Counted from the stretch's first letter, positions 21,591 through 32,095 are shown. The stretch is DNA of 64,000 nucleotides from an uncultured cyanobacterium (GCA_963740315.1 CAVUDP010000002.1:672001-736000), one strand, 5' to 3'. The notes: generated by a model not told the origin, from the letters alone. Program-made: numbers and translations.

Positions 21591-21737
21591 TGTATTTTTA
21601 CCAGTTCACTATTATTAGTGTTCCCAGTTGTGGAAGAAGTTATTACATCATTAGATATGGGATTATAAAAATTAGTTATCTGTGTCAGAATACTAGTAGC
21701 GTTATAGACACGGTTTAATTCTTTGGAATGACTTTAT

Positions 21738-21986
21738 ATGTACAACGTAGAATTTCCTGATAATCAAACAGATTTTGCTAAATTACTTCAGCGTGTCTTA
21801 TCGGGAGAAGAAGTAGTTATATCCCAAGATGGTAATCCTATTGCACGAGTAGTTCCAATTGCTGATAAATCATTACCAAGAATTCCAGGTTTAGATAAAG
21901 GTAAAGTGGTGATTGCTTCGGATTTTGATGCTCCTTTACCTGATGATATTTTAAATAGTTTTACTAATCCTGTTGATAATTTGTAA
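21738..21986 (+). CDS. Phd/YefM-type antitoxin
   Basis: LLQRVLSGEEVVI...PIARVVP...DFDAPLP; overlaps the next gene (TAATG). Confidence 0.85.
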   Translation: MYNVEFPDNQTDFAKLLQRVLSGEEVVISQDGNPIARVVPIADKSLPRIPGLDKGKVVIASDFDAPLPDDILNSFTNPVDNL

Positions 21987-22372
21987 TGAAAGCTCTACTC
22001 GATACTCATGCTTTTTTATGGTGGGTTACAGAAGATTCTCGACTTTCATCTACGGCTAGAAATATAATTACCGATTCTGCTAATCAGCTATTCTTGAGTA
22101 CAGCAAGTGCATGGGAGATTGTGATTAAAGCACGACTGGGTAAATTGACTTTACCAGAACCACCAGAAATTTACATTCCAAATCGTTTAAAGGTCAATAG
22201 ATTTGAAAGTTTATCGATTGACCTGATTCATGCTTTACAAGTAGTGAATTTACCGGATTTACACAAAGACCCTTTTGATAGAATTATAATTGCTCAAAGT
22301 CAAGTTGAGAAAATGCCGATATTAACTTTAGATAGTCAAATTAAGCGGTATTCTGTGGATATTATTTGGTAA
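21986..22372 (+). CDS. vapC: VapC PIN-domain toxin
   Basis: LLDTHAFLW, SAWEI, HKDPFDRIIIAQ. Confidence 0.9.
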   Translation: MKALLDTHAFLWWVTEDSRLSSTARNIITDSANQLFLSTASAWEIVIKARLGKLTLPEPPEIYIPNRLKVNRFESLSIDLIHALQVVNLPDLHKDPFDRIIIAQSQVEKMPILTLDSQIKRYSVDIIW

Positions 22373-22394
22373 TGATGTGAATATTTTTTTACTT

Positions 22395-23585
22395 TTAACC
22401 CCAAATTTTAACCGTGTTATCTCGACTTCCACTAACAAGAGTTTTCCCATCAGGACTAATTGCTATACTGTAAACCCAATCCGTATGTCCTTCAAGAATA
22501 CGTATACATTCTCCCGTATACAAATTCCAGACTCTAATAGTTTTGTCTCTACCACAACTGACAATTGTACTTCCATCGGGGCTAATTGCTACACAGTAAA
22601 CCCAGCCTTTATGTCCCTCTAATGTAAATTTAAGTTTTTTTGTTTCTAAATCCCAAACTTTGATTGTTTTATCTTTACTACCGCTAACTATTGTTTTTCC
22701 ATCTGGGCTAATTGTTAATGACTTAATACCATCGGAATGTTTTTCTTTCTTGAAAATATGTATTAGTTTTTCCGTTTCTACATTCCAAATTTTAATCTTT
22801 CTGTCATAAGCACTACTAACAAGATTTTTGCCATCTTTACTTATAGCTAATGCTTGGATTGAATGACGATAATCTTCAAAAAGTCTTTCCTGTATATCTG
22901 TTTCTAAATTCCACACACTAATTCCAGTACCAGGATAGTTATCACCATAGAAAAGTTTATTTCCATCGGGACTTATTGCTAAGGAAGATACATTCTCTGA
23001 ACTTTCATATAAAAATAATAGACGCTTCTTAGTTTGCAAATCCCATATTATAATTCCACTATTAAAGTAAAGTGTACCACCCCTAGTAATAAACTTGTTT
23101 TCATTTGGGCTTATCAAAATATCTGCTAAGTTTTCATGTTTAATAAAAGTTGATTCAACTTTCTCTGTATATAAATTATAGATATTTATAGAGGTTGAGC
23201 CTTCAAAAAACACATTTCGATTTGAATCAATAGCAATACACCTGCTGTTAACATCTTGTAAAGTATGAATACACTCCATTTTTTGCCAGAGATTATATTC
23301 TTCCAAGGCTTGTTTGACTTTTGCTTCTTTTCTGTGACGTAATAATAAATAAGCAGCAAAACTGACTTTTTCTAAATCACTTTGCCAAACTTGAATCACA
23401 AAATCTAATCCGACATCCCCATAATTTAAAGCTTCTGAAAGTGCAACAATCTTCTGTTGAATATTCGCACTTTCCCAACGTCTTTTAACTCCTTCAATTC
23501 CTCCCAAAACCACACCATCAACAGGAGCTTGATTTCCACCACCAAGCACTGCATCATATTCTTTAGGTTGATTCTCCGACATCAT
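22395..23585 (-). CDS. WD40-repeat protein with shared DAVLGG N-terminal module
   Basis: Repeated ISPDG..xSGS.D.TIKVW; same N-terminal module. Confidence 0.9.
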   Translation of the reverse strand: MMSENQPKEYDAVLGGGNQAPVDGVVLGGIEGVKRRWESANIQQKIVALSEALNYGDVGLDFVIQVWQSDLEKVSFAAYLLLRHRKEAKVKQALEEYNLWQKMECIHTLQDVNSRCIAIDSNRNVFFEGSTSINIYNLYTEKVESTFIKHENLADILISPNENKFITRGGTLYFNSGIIIWDLQTKKRLLFLYESSENVSSLAISPDGNKLFYGDNYPGTGISVWNLETDIQERLFEDYRHSIQALAISKDGKNLVSSAYDRKIKIWNVETEKLIHIFKKEKHSDGIKSLTISPDGKTIVSGSKDKTIKVWDLETKKLKFTLEGHKGWVYCVAISPDGSTIVSCGRDKTIRVWNLYTGECIRILEGHTDWVYSIAISPDGKTLVSGSRDNTVKIWG

Positions 23586-23881
23586 AAATTACCTCTCTAA
23601 AAACTCTTTTCTCGGCGCTTTCTGTGTCTAGTAAGGTTTAATAATTCATAAAAACCATACCCACCAGGGGTTGCAAACCCCTGGCTAATAGCAAAAGTCC
23701 TATAAATAGGACTAACAATTTCATCGTTATAATCCAGTATTTTATTTTAAATATTTTGTTTTTTTATCGTTATTTGTATTAAATAGAACCAGATGGTGCG
23801 TGACGCTGCACCAATTTGTAACTACGTAGAAAAATATTTCAAAGCGTCACACACCCTACAAGAATAATTGATTCAAAATTT

Positions 23882-25444
23882 TCATTTCAATTTAGCGATC
23901 GCTTCTCTCACCACCAAGGTTTTCCCTGTCAACAAATCCCGCACTGTCGCAACCAGCATCCTCTGCTCGTTAACTCCAAATTTTACCGAAACTCTATCGA
24001 TTCCCAATTCTCCCTGTGGCTCTAAATGCGCTATACAAACCTGTTGATGCTGGGTATCTAAGGAACGATAGGTTTCCTGTTTCACCAAATGACTGCTTGT
24101 CATCCTACCTTGAGCATCATATGTAACCTCAGCTTGCGACATTTCCGCAATTTCACCGATGTCGAGACGAATCTCTTTTTGTCCTTCGATCGCAGCTTGT
24201 AATATCAATGGCTCGCTAATTCTGGCTTTTTTATTGCTTTCCCCTAAGTAATTCGTACCCTTTTCAATCAATGTCATGTAGGAATATTTTTTACTATGGG
24301 GTTCCCACAACCGAATTGCATAACTATGACGCAGGTAATCGTCTATTTCTACGATTTCGTTTAAAGCTAAACCCCCATGCGCTACGGCTTCAAAAGGTTT
24401 GTCTAATTTAACTTTCTGTCTGCCAAAATAAGAAATAATTAGTTGCTGTACGGCTTGAATTTGACAGCTACCACCCACTAACAAAACTTGTTCGATGTCT
24501 GCTTTGCCGATTCCTTTACTCAAACTAATTGCCAACACTTCATCTAATGTCTGTCGCAATTGCTCTAATAACTGACGATTCTCTAAAATATCCGCGAATT
24601 CATCCCGGTTTAACTGCAATTCGTGAGACATAAAATTTTCATCGTCAAACCAAGATTCCTTAGCTTCATTATCCGTGGAAAGCTTCATTTTCAACCTTTC
24701 CGCAATTTCCAACAAATTTTGATAACCAACTTCCCCAACTTCTTCCCGACTCGAAGCCGTTTTTCGCAGGTAGTCTTCGACAATCCAATTATCGATATCT
24801 ATCCCACCGACAAAAGCATCGGATTTGGCGATCGCTTCTGCACGTACAGCAGCAGATTCAGAATTGCTTTTGACGGTACGAACTAAACTTAAATCCAAAG
24901 TTCCACCACCGAAATCCACCACCAAAACCAAACTACCGGGGCGCTTGACAGCATAACCCAAAGCTGCTGCCGTCGATTCATCAACAATTTGCAATTCGGG
25001 AATACCCAGCTTTTCACCCAAACCGTTAAACCAATGCAAATATCGTTCAAAAGCACCCACGGGAACCGTAAAAATCACCCGACTGGGTTCCAATTGTTCT
25101 TTTATCTGCTGCCAAATTTCCTTGAGAAACAGTTCCGATATAGCTTCAGCACTGTAATTAACATCATCCAAAACGCGGGGAGGTGGAACAAAATCCGCCG
25201 CTAAATCCCGTTTAAATGCTTGAAAAAAACGTTGTGGCTGACTAAAACCCAACCTTTGAGCGCGTACAGGCTCGCCAAAAATCAAATTATTTTGTGACTT
25301 GACAAATACCTGAGAAGGAATAACGCTAACCTGCTCGTTAAAGCGACGAGAAAGCGAATCAAATTTTAAAGTACGCGGTTGTTGAGTAATTGTGTCAGTA
25401 GTGCAAACAACCGTGTTGCTAGTTCCGAAGTCGATGACAATCAT
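23882..25444 (-). CDS. Hsp70-family (DnaK-like) protein lacking the canonical lid
   Basis: IDFGTSNT, ESTAAALGY, VVDFGGGTLD, GGIDID, LLVGGS. Confidence 0.9.
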   Translation of the reverse strand: MIVIDFGTSNTVVCTTDTITQQPRTLKFDSLSRRFNEQVSVIPSQVFVKSQNNLIFGEPVRAQRLGFSQPQRFFQAFKRDLAADFVPPPRVLDDVNYSAEAISELFLKEIWQQIKEQLEPSRVIFTVPVGAFERYLHWFNGLGEKLGIPELQIVDESTAAALGYAVKRPGSLVLVVDFGGGTLDLSLVRTVKSNSESAAVRAEAIAKSDAFVGGIDIDNWIVEDYLRKTASSREEVGEVGYQNLLEIAERLKMKLSTDNEAKESWFDDENFMSHELQLNRDEFADILENRQLLEQLRQTLDEVLAISLSKGIGKADIEQVLLVGGSCQIQAVQQLIISYFGRQKVKLDKPFEAVAHGGLALNEIVEIDDYLRHSYAIRLWEPHSKKYSYMTLIEKGTNYLGESNKKARISEPLILQAAIEGQKEIRLDIGEIAEMSQAEVTYDAQGRMTSSHLVKQETYRSLDTQHQQVCIAHLEPQGELGIDRVSVKFGVNEQRMLVATVRDLLTGKTLVVREAIAKLK

Positions 25445-25728
25445 ATCAGTGAGCAGTTAACAGTGAGCAGTGAACAGTTAGGAGTTATATTTTCGTAGGG
25501 TGTGTGACGCGATTAACAAAATATCTACGTAGTTATAAGTTAAATAAGCGCGTCACGCACCAACGCTGGTATTGCAATGCTGGTTTGTGGATAAAATATT
25601 GCGGAAGATAAAAAACCGCAGAGTACGCAGAGTACGCAGAGGAAAGAAGTCAAGAGAGATGTCTAGTTAATTATCAACTTATGAATATTATTATCTCCTT
25701 GTCTCCCCATCCCCCCATCCCCCCATCT

Positions 25729-26511
25729 CTACCTCCCCGCACCCGGAAGTGTACGACTAACTTTAGCGGGGCAAAGAATGTTACCTTGATGTTGATATCC
25801 AACAAAGCGGATGTAAACCTTTTCACCTTCTTGAATATCCCCGGTATCTGGCTGATGGATTTGGGGATTGTATTCTACTTGTTCCCAAGGTTTACCGATG
25901 GGTTGGTAATTCCATTCTTTTAACAGGTTTTCGAGAGGGGTGAAACTGGAAAGTAAATTTTTCGCGGGTAATTCTGGTTTTACGTTTACCATTTGATGAA
26001 TGCTGGGATAATTGACGAGCAGGGTTTGCAATTTTTCAAATGTTGATTTACGAAATTCCTGGGTTAATTCAAGTTGCTGCTGCTGTAATTCCGAATGCAA
26101 TCGCAAACCATCTTTTCGCAAAGTTTCTTTTTCTTGAGTTAATTGCTGTAACTGCTGCTGTAAATCCAAACATTCCCGACGCTTCTTTTCTAACTCTGGA
26201 TGTGGTGGAAGAATCCCTAACTTATCGAGAAAATTTCCTGACGGGATATTGAGCGCGATCGCAATTTGTTCCAATTCATCCAAACTCAGCGAATTACTGT
26301 CACCGTCTCGCAATTTCCACATAGCAGAATTGCTCAAACCGGATTTTTGTTGCAACTGATTCCAATTAGCAATCTTATTTCGACGCATTAACTCTAAAAG
26401 TAATTCGTCATTGCGATTTCCCGTAGCGTAGATTTTAGCTAAAACAAACCGGATTGCAACGGCTGTAATTAGGATGAGGATGAATATTAGTGATATGTAG
26501 ATGATTGTCAT
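25729..26511 (-). CDS. TM, Xre HTH, coiled coil and GrpE-like C-terminal domain protein
   Basis: N-terminal TM, HTH segment, C-terminal YNPQIHQ...VYIRFVGY...LCPAKV; upstream of the Hsp70-like gene. Confidence 0.75.
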   Translation of the reverse strand: MTIIYISLIFILILITAVAIRFVLAKIYATGNRNDELLLELMRRNKIANWNQLQQKSGLSNSAMWKLRDGDSNSLSLDELEQIAIALNIPSGNFLDKLGILPPHPELEKKRRECLDLQQQLQQLTQEKETLRKDGLRLHSELQQQQLELTQEFRKSTFEKLQTLLVNYPSIHQMVNVKPELPAKNLLSSFTPLENLLKEWNYQPIGKPWEQVEYNPQIHQPDTGDIQEGEKVYIRFVGYQHQGNILCPAKVSRTLPGAGR

Positions 26512-26580
26512 AATTAATGTAGAGACGTAGCACTGCTACGTCTTGCCAACGTATACTGCACTTGAATGTAATTGCGAATT

Positions 26581-26799
26581 TCAACCGTTTTTATTCTTCA
26601 AAGATTGATTTTCAGTTGAAGTAATATTTTCTTCACCTTCGTAATATTCGGGAAGCAATTCTTGACTTTCCACTTCTCCTAAAGCGTCTTCAATTCCGGA
26701 AGTGGTTTCGGTACAACCAGCACCGGAAGCGCCGATGACATTTTCAGTAATTTTACCGTCTTTACCAATGCGGTATTCTACTTTCTTATACTCAGCCAT
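26581..26799 (-). CDS. DUF2997 family protein
   Basis: IGKDGKITENVIGASGAGCTETTxxIEDALG...PEYY. Confidence 0.85.
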   Translation of the reverse strand: MAEYKKVEYRIGKDGKITENVIGASGAGCTETTSGIEDALGEVESQELLPEYYEGEENITSTENQSLKNKNG

Positions 26800-26931
26800 G
26801 ATTTATTCCTCTGGGTAGATATTTACAGTTATAACAACAGTTTTGACCTCTCTCCTTATTAAGGAGAGAGGCTTTAAGTCTTATCCCCTCTTTTTGACAA
26901 GGAGAGGGGTGTCCTTTAGGACGGGGTGAGG

Positions 26932-27777
26932 TTAATTCGGAATCCTCTCCAATATCCCGTCACCAAAGACTTTATCTAATTCCAAATAATCGAGATGCAC
27001 GTAACCGATATGACAGTGACAGGTTTGGTTACTACAGTCGCGCTCTTGTAATACTTCTTCCCAATTCTGGTGATAAATATTACCAATGGGCTGTTTGATA
27101 AAATGACATCTCCTGATAGTACCTTCACCGTCAACAGAAATAACCGATTCACCAGCACGACAGGAGTGTCCGAGGCTGGGATAATGATGGGTGTTGAGGT
27201 GATAAAGTGGATCGATGGAGGAGAAAAAGTTTCTGTCTTCTGGTGATAATTGAGAAAGTTCTTTTTTGACGGCATTAATCCACAGATAAACATGAGAGGG
27301 TAATTCCTGACGTAAAGCTGCAATTTCGTTTTTGTACTGGGGAAAACCGACAACACCCGCACTAAAACGAACTCCACGCTTATCTAATTCCAGACATTGG
27401 GAAACATAACTTTGACGGGATACCCATTCTGGATGAAAAGTTGCCCATAACGCTAAAGAATCCTTGTTGCAATCTTCCACCCAATCCAAATTACAGGAAA
27501 GATTGGTTTGAATTGCGGCTTTGTTAACGTGAGACATTTGGGTTAAGTTAACCAAAGCTTGTTGATAGTGCTTGTGGATGAGAGCTTCACCCCAAGGAGT
27601 AAATAAAATCGAAAATTGATGCTGGGGATATTGGGAAATCCAATTTACAAAGCGTTGTAATTGTTGTTTGTCAATGTTTGATTCTGCTGCTGTTTGCTGA
27701 CGTTTTGCGAAAGGACAATATTCGCATCCGTAGTTACAGCTGATGAGGGAACCGCGATAAAGGATTGTTAGATGCAT
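26932..27777 (-). CDS. Radical SAM protein, STM4011-like
   Basis: LYRGSLISCNYGCEYCPFAK, FTPWGEAL, C-terminal Cys cluster CRAG...RCHF...CxCHIGY. Confidence 0.85.
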   Translation of the reverse strand: MHLTILYRGSLISCNYGCEYCPFAKRQQTAAESNIDKQQLQRFVNWISQYPQHQFSILFTPWGEALIHKHYQQALVNLTQMSHVNKAAIQTNLSCNLDWVEDCNKDSLALWATFHPEWVSRQSYVSQCLELDKRGVRFSAGVVGFPQYKNEIAALRQELPSHVYLWINAVKKELSQLSPEDRNFFSSIDPLYHLNTHHYPSLGHSCRAGESVISVDGEGTIRRCHFIKQPIGNIYHQNWEEVLQERDCSNQTCHCHIGYVHLDYLELDKVFGDGILERIPN

Positions 27778-27809
27778 TTTTTCGTTTGTTTTTTATTTAA
27801 GGTTTGAAA

Positions 27810-29078
27810 TTATAAATCGTAATTGAGATAATTTGGATCTTGTCTATCAGCGATAACTTCGATATCTAACTGCTTCAATCGTTCAACCATTTCATCGCTT
27901 AAATAATTATCAGAAATATCAAGAGTATCTAAATTCTTTATAGATGGACAATTAAGTAAAGCTGCTGCACCTTCGTCATCTATACTTCCCATTGAAAGGT
28001 CTAATTCAACTAAATTTTCAATAATCGAAGAATCTACTATTCCAAAAGGGACATGATTTAAGTCCTCAAGGTTATTTTTACAGTTACGTATTCCCAAGTA
28101 TTTAAGCTTAGGAAATATTTTAGAAAAAACTTGCATAAGTTCTTTAATACCCATGCGAGAATAAGTAGAACCGTTATAATTTGTAATAGACCACAATTCA
28201 AAATATTCTAGTGCAGGTAATTCAAGATTAAAAATTTCATCTATTAACTCAAAATCAATTATCTCACATTCAATAATTAATGCTTTTAAATTTTTATGTC
28301 GAATAAAGTTTATTTCTAATCCAAATCTCTTTCCATTATAAGTGTATGTTATACAATTACTAAGTCTTATCTTAAGAATTTCTAAATTCGGATAAGCTAA
28401 TAAAATATAACTAATATTAATATTTTCAAGTAGATAGTATTCTCTATCATGAATATTTTCTAAACATAAAGCTTTAAGATTAGTCAGTTTTTCGCTAGCA
28501 TTTAATAATGCATCTACAAGAGATAATCCTTTTGTGTACCAAAATCCTATTAACAAAGCTTTAATTTGGTGAGCTAAAGGATTTCGTTGTAATATTTGTA
28601 ATTTTTCTGTACTAATAAGGTTTTTCGGAGACAAATCCCAATCAGCAACTCTTATAGCATAAGCAGTATTAACCGTATCAGTAATACCAATTTTTGGGTC
28701 AAATTCTATAACTTTTCGATTAGCAAATGTAGTTGCATGATTCGTTAATAATTTATAACTTTTTTCAAAGCTAGTCCAGAATTTATAATTTTCTAAAGCT
28801 TGTTTGACTTGAGTTTCTTCTTTATCCTGTAATAATTTATAAGTATATTGCCTAATTTTTACTGATTCATGCTGTAAAGTACTAATTAAAAAATCCAAAC
28901 CCACATCCCCATAATTCAAAGCATCATTCAAAGCTGCAATTTGCGCTTCAATATTAGAACTCGCCAAACGCCTTTTTACACCTTCAATTCCTCCTAAAAC
29001 CGCGCCGTGAATTGGCGGTGGTGCGTTTCCTCCGAGTACTGCGTCGTATTGATTGGGTTGGTTTTGATTGTTTGTCAT
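27810..29078 (-). CDS. STM4015-like LRR protein with shared DAVLGG N-terminal module
   Basis: YPNLEIL, LPALEYFELW, FPKLKYLG, LDLSMG. Confidence 0.8.
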   Translation of the reverse strand: MTNNQNQPNQYDAVLGGNAPPPIHGAVLGGIEGVKRRLASSNIEAQIAALNDALNYGDVGLDFLISTLQHESVKIRQYTYKLLQDKEETQVKQALENYKFWTSFEKSYKLLTNHATTFANRKVIEFDPKIGITDTVNTAYAIRVADWDLSPKNLISTEKLQILQRNPLAHQIKALLIGFWYTKGLSLVDALLNASEKLTNLKALCLENIHDREYYLLENINISYILLAYPNLEILKIRLSNCITYTYNGKRFGLEINFIRHKNLKALIIECEIIDFELIDEIFNLELPALEYFELWSITNYNGSTYSRMGIKELMQVFSKIFPKLKYLGIRNCKNNLEDLNHVPFGIVDSSIIENLVELDLSMGSIDDEGAAALLNCPSIKNLDTLDISDNYLSDEMVERLKQLDIEVIADRQDPNYLNYDL

Positions 29079-29107
29079 AGTTTTATCAACTATTAATTTA
29101 GTAAATT

Positions 29108-29190
29108 GTCATTGCGAGTGAAACGACGCAATCGCAGTATTTTGCGTTTGAACCAAAGACTTTGCGATTACTTCATCCGTTCGTAATGAC
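29108..29190. repeat. Palindromic element GTCATTGCGA...CGTAATGAC
   Basis: Inverted ends; left half also at 19551-19585. Confidence 0.65.
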
Positions 29191-29250
29191 AAAACATCAT
29201 TTCTACTTCTTTCTTTTCTATGCCCTCTCCCCCTTCTCACTAAATAACCA

Positions 29251-30621
29251 CTACTTCAATTCATATCTCTGCATCAAATCCCTCACCTTGTCGGAAAACA
29301 ACCATTCCCCAACTGCATCGGAATATTCCACACCAAGCTGTGTTAACTGCAATATTCCTTTATCCTCAGTCGCCAAATTCAAATCAAATAATTCCGACAA
29401 CTCCGGGAAATCATCAAAGGCTTTGGTATTAAATCGCTTTTGATAACTACCTAAATTCAAACCTTCATGAGAAAGTAATGATAATAAAATGTACCTTCTG
29501 CGCTTTTCTTCGGTATCTAATTCAAAGCCGTAATTTACAAAATCAAACGATGATTCCGGTGTTTTAATATACCCTTGCAAAATCTCGCGGATTCCCTTTC
29601 CTCCTACCGCGTATTCGTTGGAATAATGCAAATCATCCGTGTAGGAGCGTGCGCCGCAACCTAAACCTACCATTCCGTCTTGTTGACAGCAGTAAACAGG
29701 TTCCTGGTGTAGAGACGTTATACATAACGTCTCCTCCGTGTTGCGTTGGAACATTCGCATGGATGTTTGGGTGTATCCTTGGGAAAGCAAGTAATCCCGC
29801 CCTTGACGGTAACAATTCAAGCGAATGTCGTCCCATTCTTTATCGGATGTTCCTAAACCCGTGAGGGGACGCACGTACAGGGGATACAAAAATATTTCTT
29901 CTGGTTCAAATCGCAAAGCATCACGTATCGATCGCAACCAAGTTTCTACTGTTTGTCCGGGTAATCCGTAGATTAAGTCAATGTTGATTGTCGGAAAACC
30001 TGCTTCTCGCATTCTTGTGAGTGCGGCTTCTACTTCGGCGGTGGTTTGACGACGGTTAACTGCTGCAACCTCCGACTCAACGAAGCTTTGCACGCCGATA
30101 CTCGCACGGGTAACACCTCGCGATCGCAACAGTTCTAATTTATCTTTCGTAGCGGTTTCCGGTGACATTTCCACGGATATCGGAATCTGCGGTAAATCCG
30201 CGCCCATCGTATCTTCTGCAACATTCAAAACCGTTTCCAAGTGGTGAATTGGTAACTGAGTTGGTGTACCTCCACCAATCGCCAAGCGTGCAAATGAAGC
30301 TTTACCCAAAGCTGTTTTTACGTGGTTTGCTTGTTTTTGCAGGGTATTGACGTATTGAGTCACAAAATCTTCGTTGTGGGTGACGGTGGTAAACAAATTA
30401 CAGAAACCGCAGCGCATTTCACAAAAGGGGATGTGAATGTAGAGGAATAAAGCGTTTTTGTCTTCTTTAGCCCATGCATCGGTTAACGGTATTTGTGGAG
30501 AAATCGGACGATATGCGGTTTTGTGGGGGTAGGAATAAACGTAAGCTTGGAAAGGAGAGCTTTTGATTTTGGATTTTAACAACGGATGGATTTGGGATTG
30601 ATTGATTAGGTTAGTTGTCAT
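29251..30621 (-). CDS. HemN-like radical SAM protein, STM4012-like
   Basis: YSYPHKTAY, LYIHIPFCEMRCGFCNLF, GGGTP, NIDLIYGLPGQT, GLGCGARSY. Confidence 0.88.
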   Translation of the reverse strand: MTTNLINQSQIHPLLKSKIKSSPFQAYVYSYPHKTAYRPISPQIPLTDAWAKEDKNALFLYIHIPFCEMRCGFCNLFTTVTHNEDFVTQYVNTLQKQANHVKTALGKASFARLAIGGGTPTQLPIHHLETVLNVAEDTMGADLPQIPISVEMSPETATKDKLELLRSRGVTRASIGVQSFVESEVAAVNRRQTTAEVEAALTRMREAGFPTINIDLIYGLPGQTVETWLRSIRDALRFEPEEIFLYPLYVRPLTGLGTSDKEWDDIRLNCYRQGRDYLLSQGYTQTSMRMFQRNTEETLCITSLHQEPVYCCQQDGMVGLGCGARSYTDDLHYSNEYAVGGKGIREILQGYIKTPESSFDFVNYGFELDTEEKRRRYILLSLLSHEGLNLGSYQKRFNTKAFDDFPELSELFDLNLATEDKGILQLTQLGVEYSDAVGEWLFSDKVRDLMQRYELK

Positions 30622-30669
30622 AGTTCGTATTTGTATAGGTTATGTGAGATATTGCTTTTGCTTTCATAA

Positions 30670-30789
30670 CCACCTGGGGTTGCAAACCCCAGGCTAATAG
30701 CTCAAGTCTACTGAAGTAGACTGAAAAGCTTGCATAGTCCTATTTATAGGACTTTTGCTATTAGCTGGGGGTTTGCAACCCCCAGTGGG
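30670..30789. repeat. ~120 bp REP/MITE-like inverted repeat (GGGGTTGCAAACCCC arms)
   Basis: Self-complementary arms; related copies at 23661-23713 and 36268-36394, fragment at 34778-34797. Confidence 0.75.
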
Positions 30790-31603
30790 TGCGGGTATTA
30801 TTAGATTCAGCGTTTAATACAAATTCCCCATAAGGAACAGTCCACACCACGGAATGTCCGAGGCGGTGTCCGGTGTAACCATCTTCACCGTATGTTGTTC
30901 CGTGATCGGAGGTGAGTATGCATAAGGTAGAAGCACGTTTTTGTAAAGCATTCCAAAGTTTTCCTAGTTGAATGTCAATGTATTCCAAGGCGGCTGCGTG
31001 AGTTGATAATGTGTCTGTTTTAGCACCTTCAAGATAAAAATAATTAGGTTGATGTAAGGCGGAAATATTGATAAATAAGAATAAACGTTGATTTTGAGGA
31101 GTTTTATTAAGTATTTTCTCGGCTAATATTATTTGATTTTCTGTAGATTTTGGTTCGGTAACTCCCATTTCTTGATTCCAGTAACTTTCTGCAAACATCG
31201 AGGGAATCACGTTACTCAAGGGATTCTGTTTGTTGAAAAAACCGACACCACCAATACAAACGGTATGATAACCTTTTCGCGCTAATCCTTTGACAATATT
31301 TTCACCTTCTAAAACACAAGTTTTTTCTGTAGTGGTAGTACTTCCCGCGAATTTCAAAGCGAACAATCTGGTGTGAATTCCTGGGGTAACGGGAGTAGGA
31401 AGAAAACCCGCGAAAAAGGCTTGATGGGATGCATAAGTAAAGCTTCCCGGTGAATGTCGCTTTTCCCAACCATGTGGTAATACTTTGGCTAAATTTGGGG
31501 TGCGGTTTTGGGATAGTAATTCCGTTGCGATGTCGTATCGGAGTGTGTCGAAGGTGATGAATACGATGTCGTGGGTGCCGATGATTTGGTTGATGTTTTG
31601 CAT
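30761..31603 (-). CDS. Sulfatase/alkaline-phosphatase superfamily hydrolase, STM4013-like
   Basis: ITFDTLRYD, HSPGSFTYASH, ALHQP, SDHGT, GHR; start set to ATG 31603 because the ORF extension runs through a repeat. Confidence 0.85.
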   Translation of the reverse strand: MQNINQIIGTHDIVFITFDTLRYDIATELLSQNRTPNLAKVLPHGWEKRHSPGSFTYASHQAFFAGFLPTPVTPGIHTRLFALKFAGSTTTTEKTCVLEGENIVKGLARKGYHTVCIGGVGFFNKQNPLSNVIPSMFAESYWNQEMGVTEPKSTENQIILAEKILNKTPQNQRLFLFINISALHQPNYFYLEGAKTDTLSTHAAALEYIDIQLGKLWNALQKRASTLCILTSDHGTTYGEDGYTGHRLGHSVVWTVPYGEFVLNAESNNTRTHWGLQTPS

Positions 31604-31642
31604 TATTATTAAAGATAATAAAAAAGGACGTTCTAAAAGTAT

Positions 31643-31771
31643 CTGGCGAATATAATTCGCTACTACACAGGCAAAGTCCACCTGCGTGGACTACTGATTT
31701 GTAACCTACGGAGGTAGGTTTTGCTTGTGTAGCCGCGTTCACCGCTAGGTGCGGCACATTCAATCGCCAGG
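31643..31771. repeat. ~130 bp inverted-repeat element (CTGGCGA...TCGCCAG)
   Basis: Inverted ends with internal hairpins; related half copy at 19622-19690. Confidence 0.7.
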
Positions 31772-31783
31772 TAAAACATTAAT

Positions 31784-32095
31784 ATGACTAAAACTAACGA
31801 CGCTTTGAAAATACTTGAAAACATTCATGGTAATGACCCCGAACTTCAAGAATTGATTATTACAGCTTCTATTAATGCGGAGGTCGCGCAACTTATATAT
31901 GAAGCTAGAACTCAAGCAGGGTTAACACAAAAACAACTTGCTGATTTAGTGGGTACAAAACAACCCGTAATTGCTCGACTTGAAGACGCTGATTATGAAG
32001 GACATTCGCTTTCGATGTTGCAAAAAATTGCTTCCGCGCTTAATAAACAAGTTAAAATTTCTCTGACACCAATAGAGGATGAGCAATATGTTTAA
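31784..32095 (+). CDS. Xre-family HTH protein (HigA-like, no adjacent toxin)
   Basis: ARTQAGLTQKQLADLVGTKQPVIARLE...LQKIASAL. Confidence 0.85.
   Translation: MTKTNDALKILENIHGNDPELQELIITASINAEVAQLIYEARTQAGLTQKQLADLVGTKQPVIARLEDADYEGHSLSMLQKIASALNKQVKISLTPIEDEQYV

Noticed and set aside
23882..25444. dnaK call
   Set aside because: Too short and lacks the canonical substrate-binding and lid sequence
29251..30621. hemN/hemW call
   Set aside because: The YSYPHKTAY N-terminus and the cassette context indicate the STM4012-like family rather than heme biosynthesis
31302..31763. 153-aa alternative ORF and other short antisense or overlapping ORFs (e.g. 29162, 36221, 57493, 61243)
   Set aside because: Shadow frames of real genes or read-through of palindromic repeats
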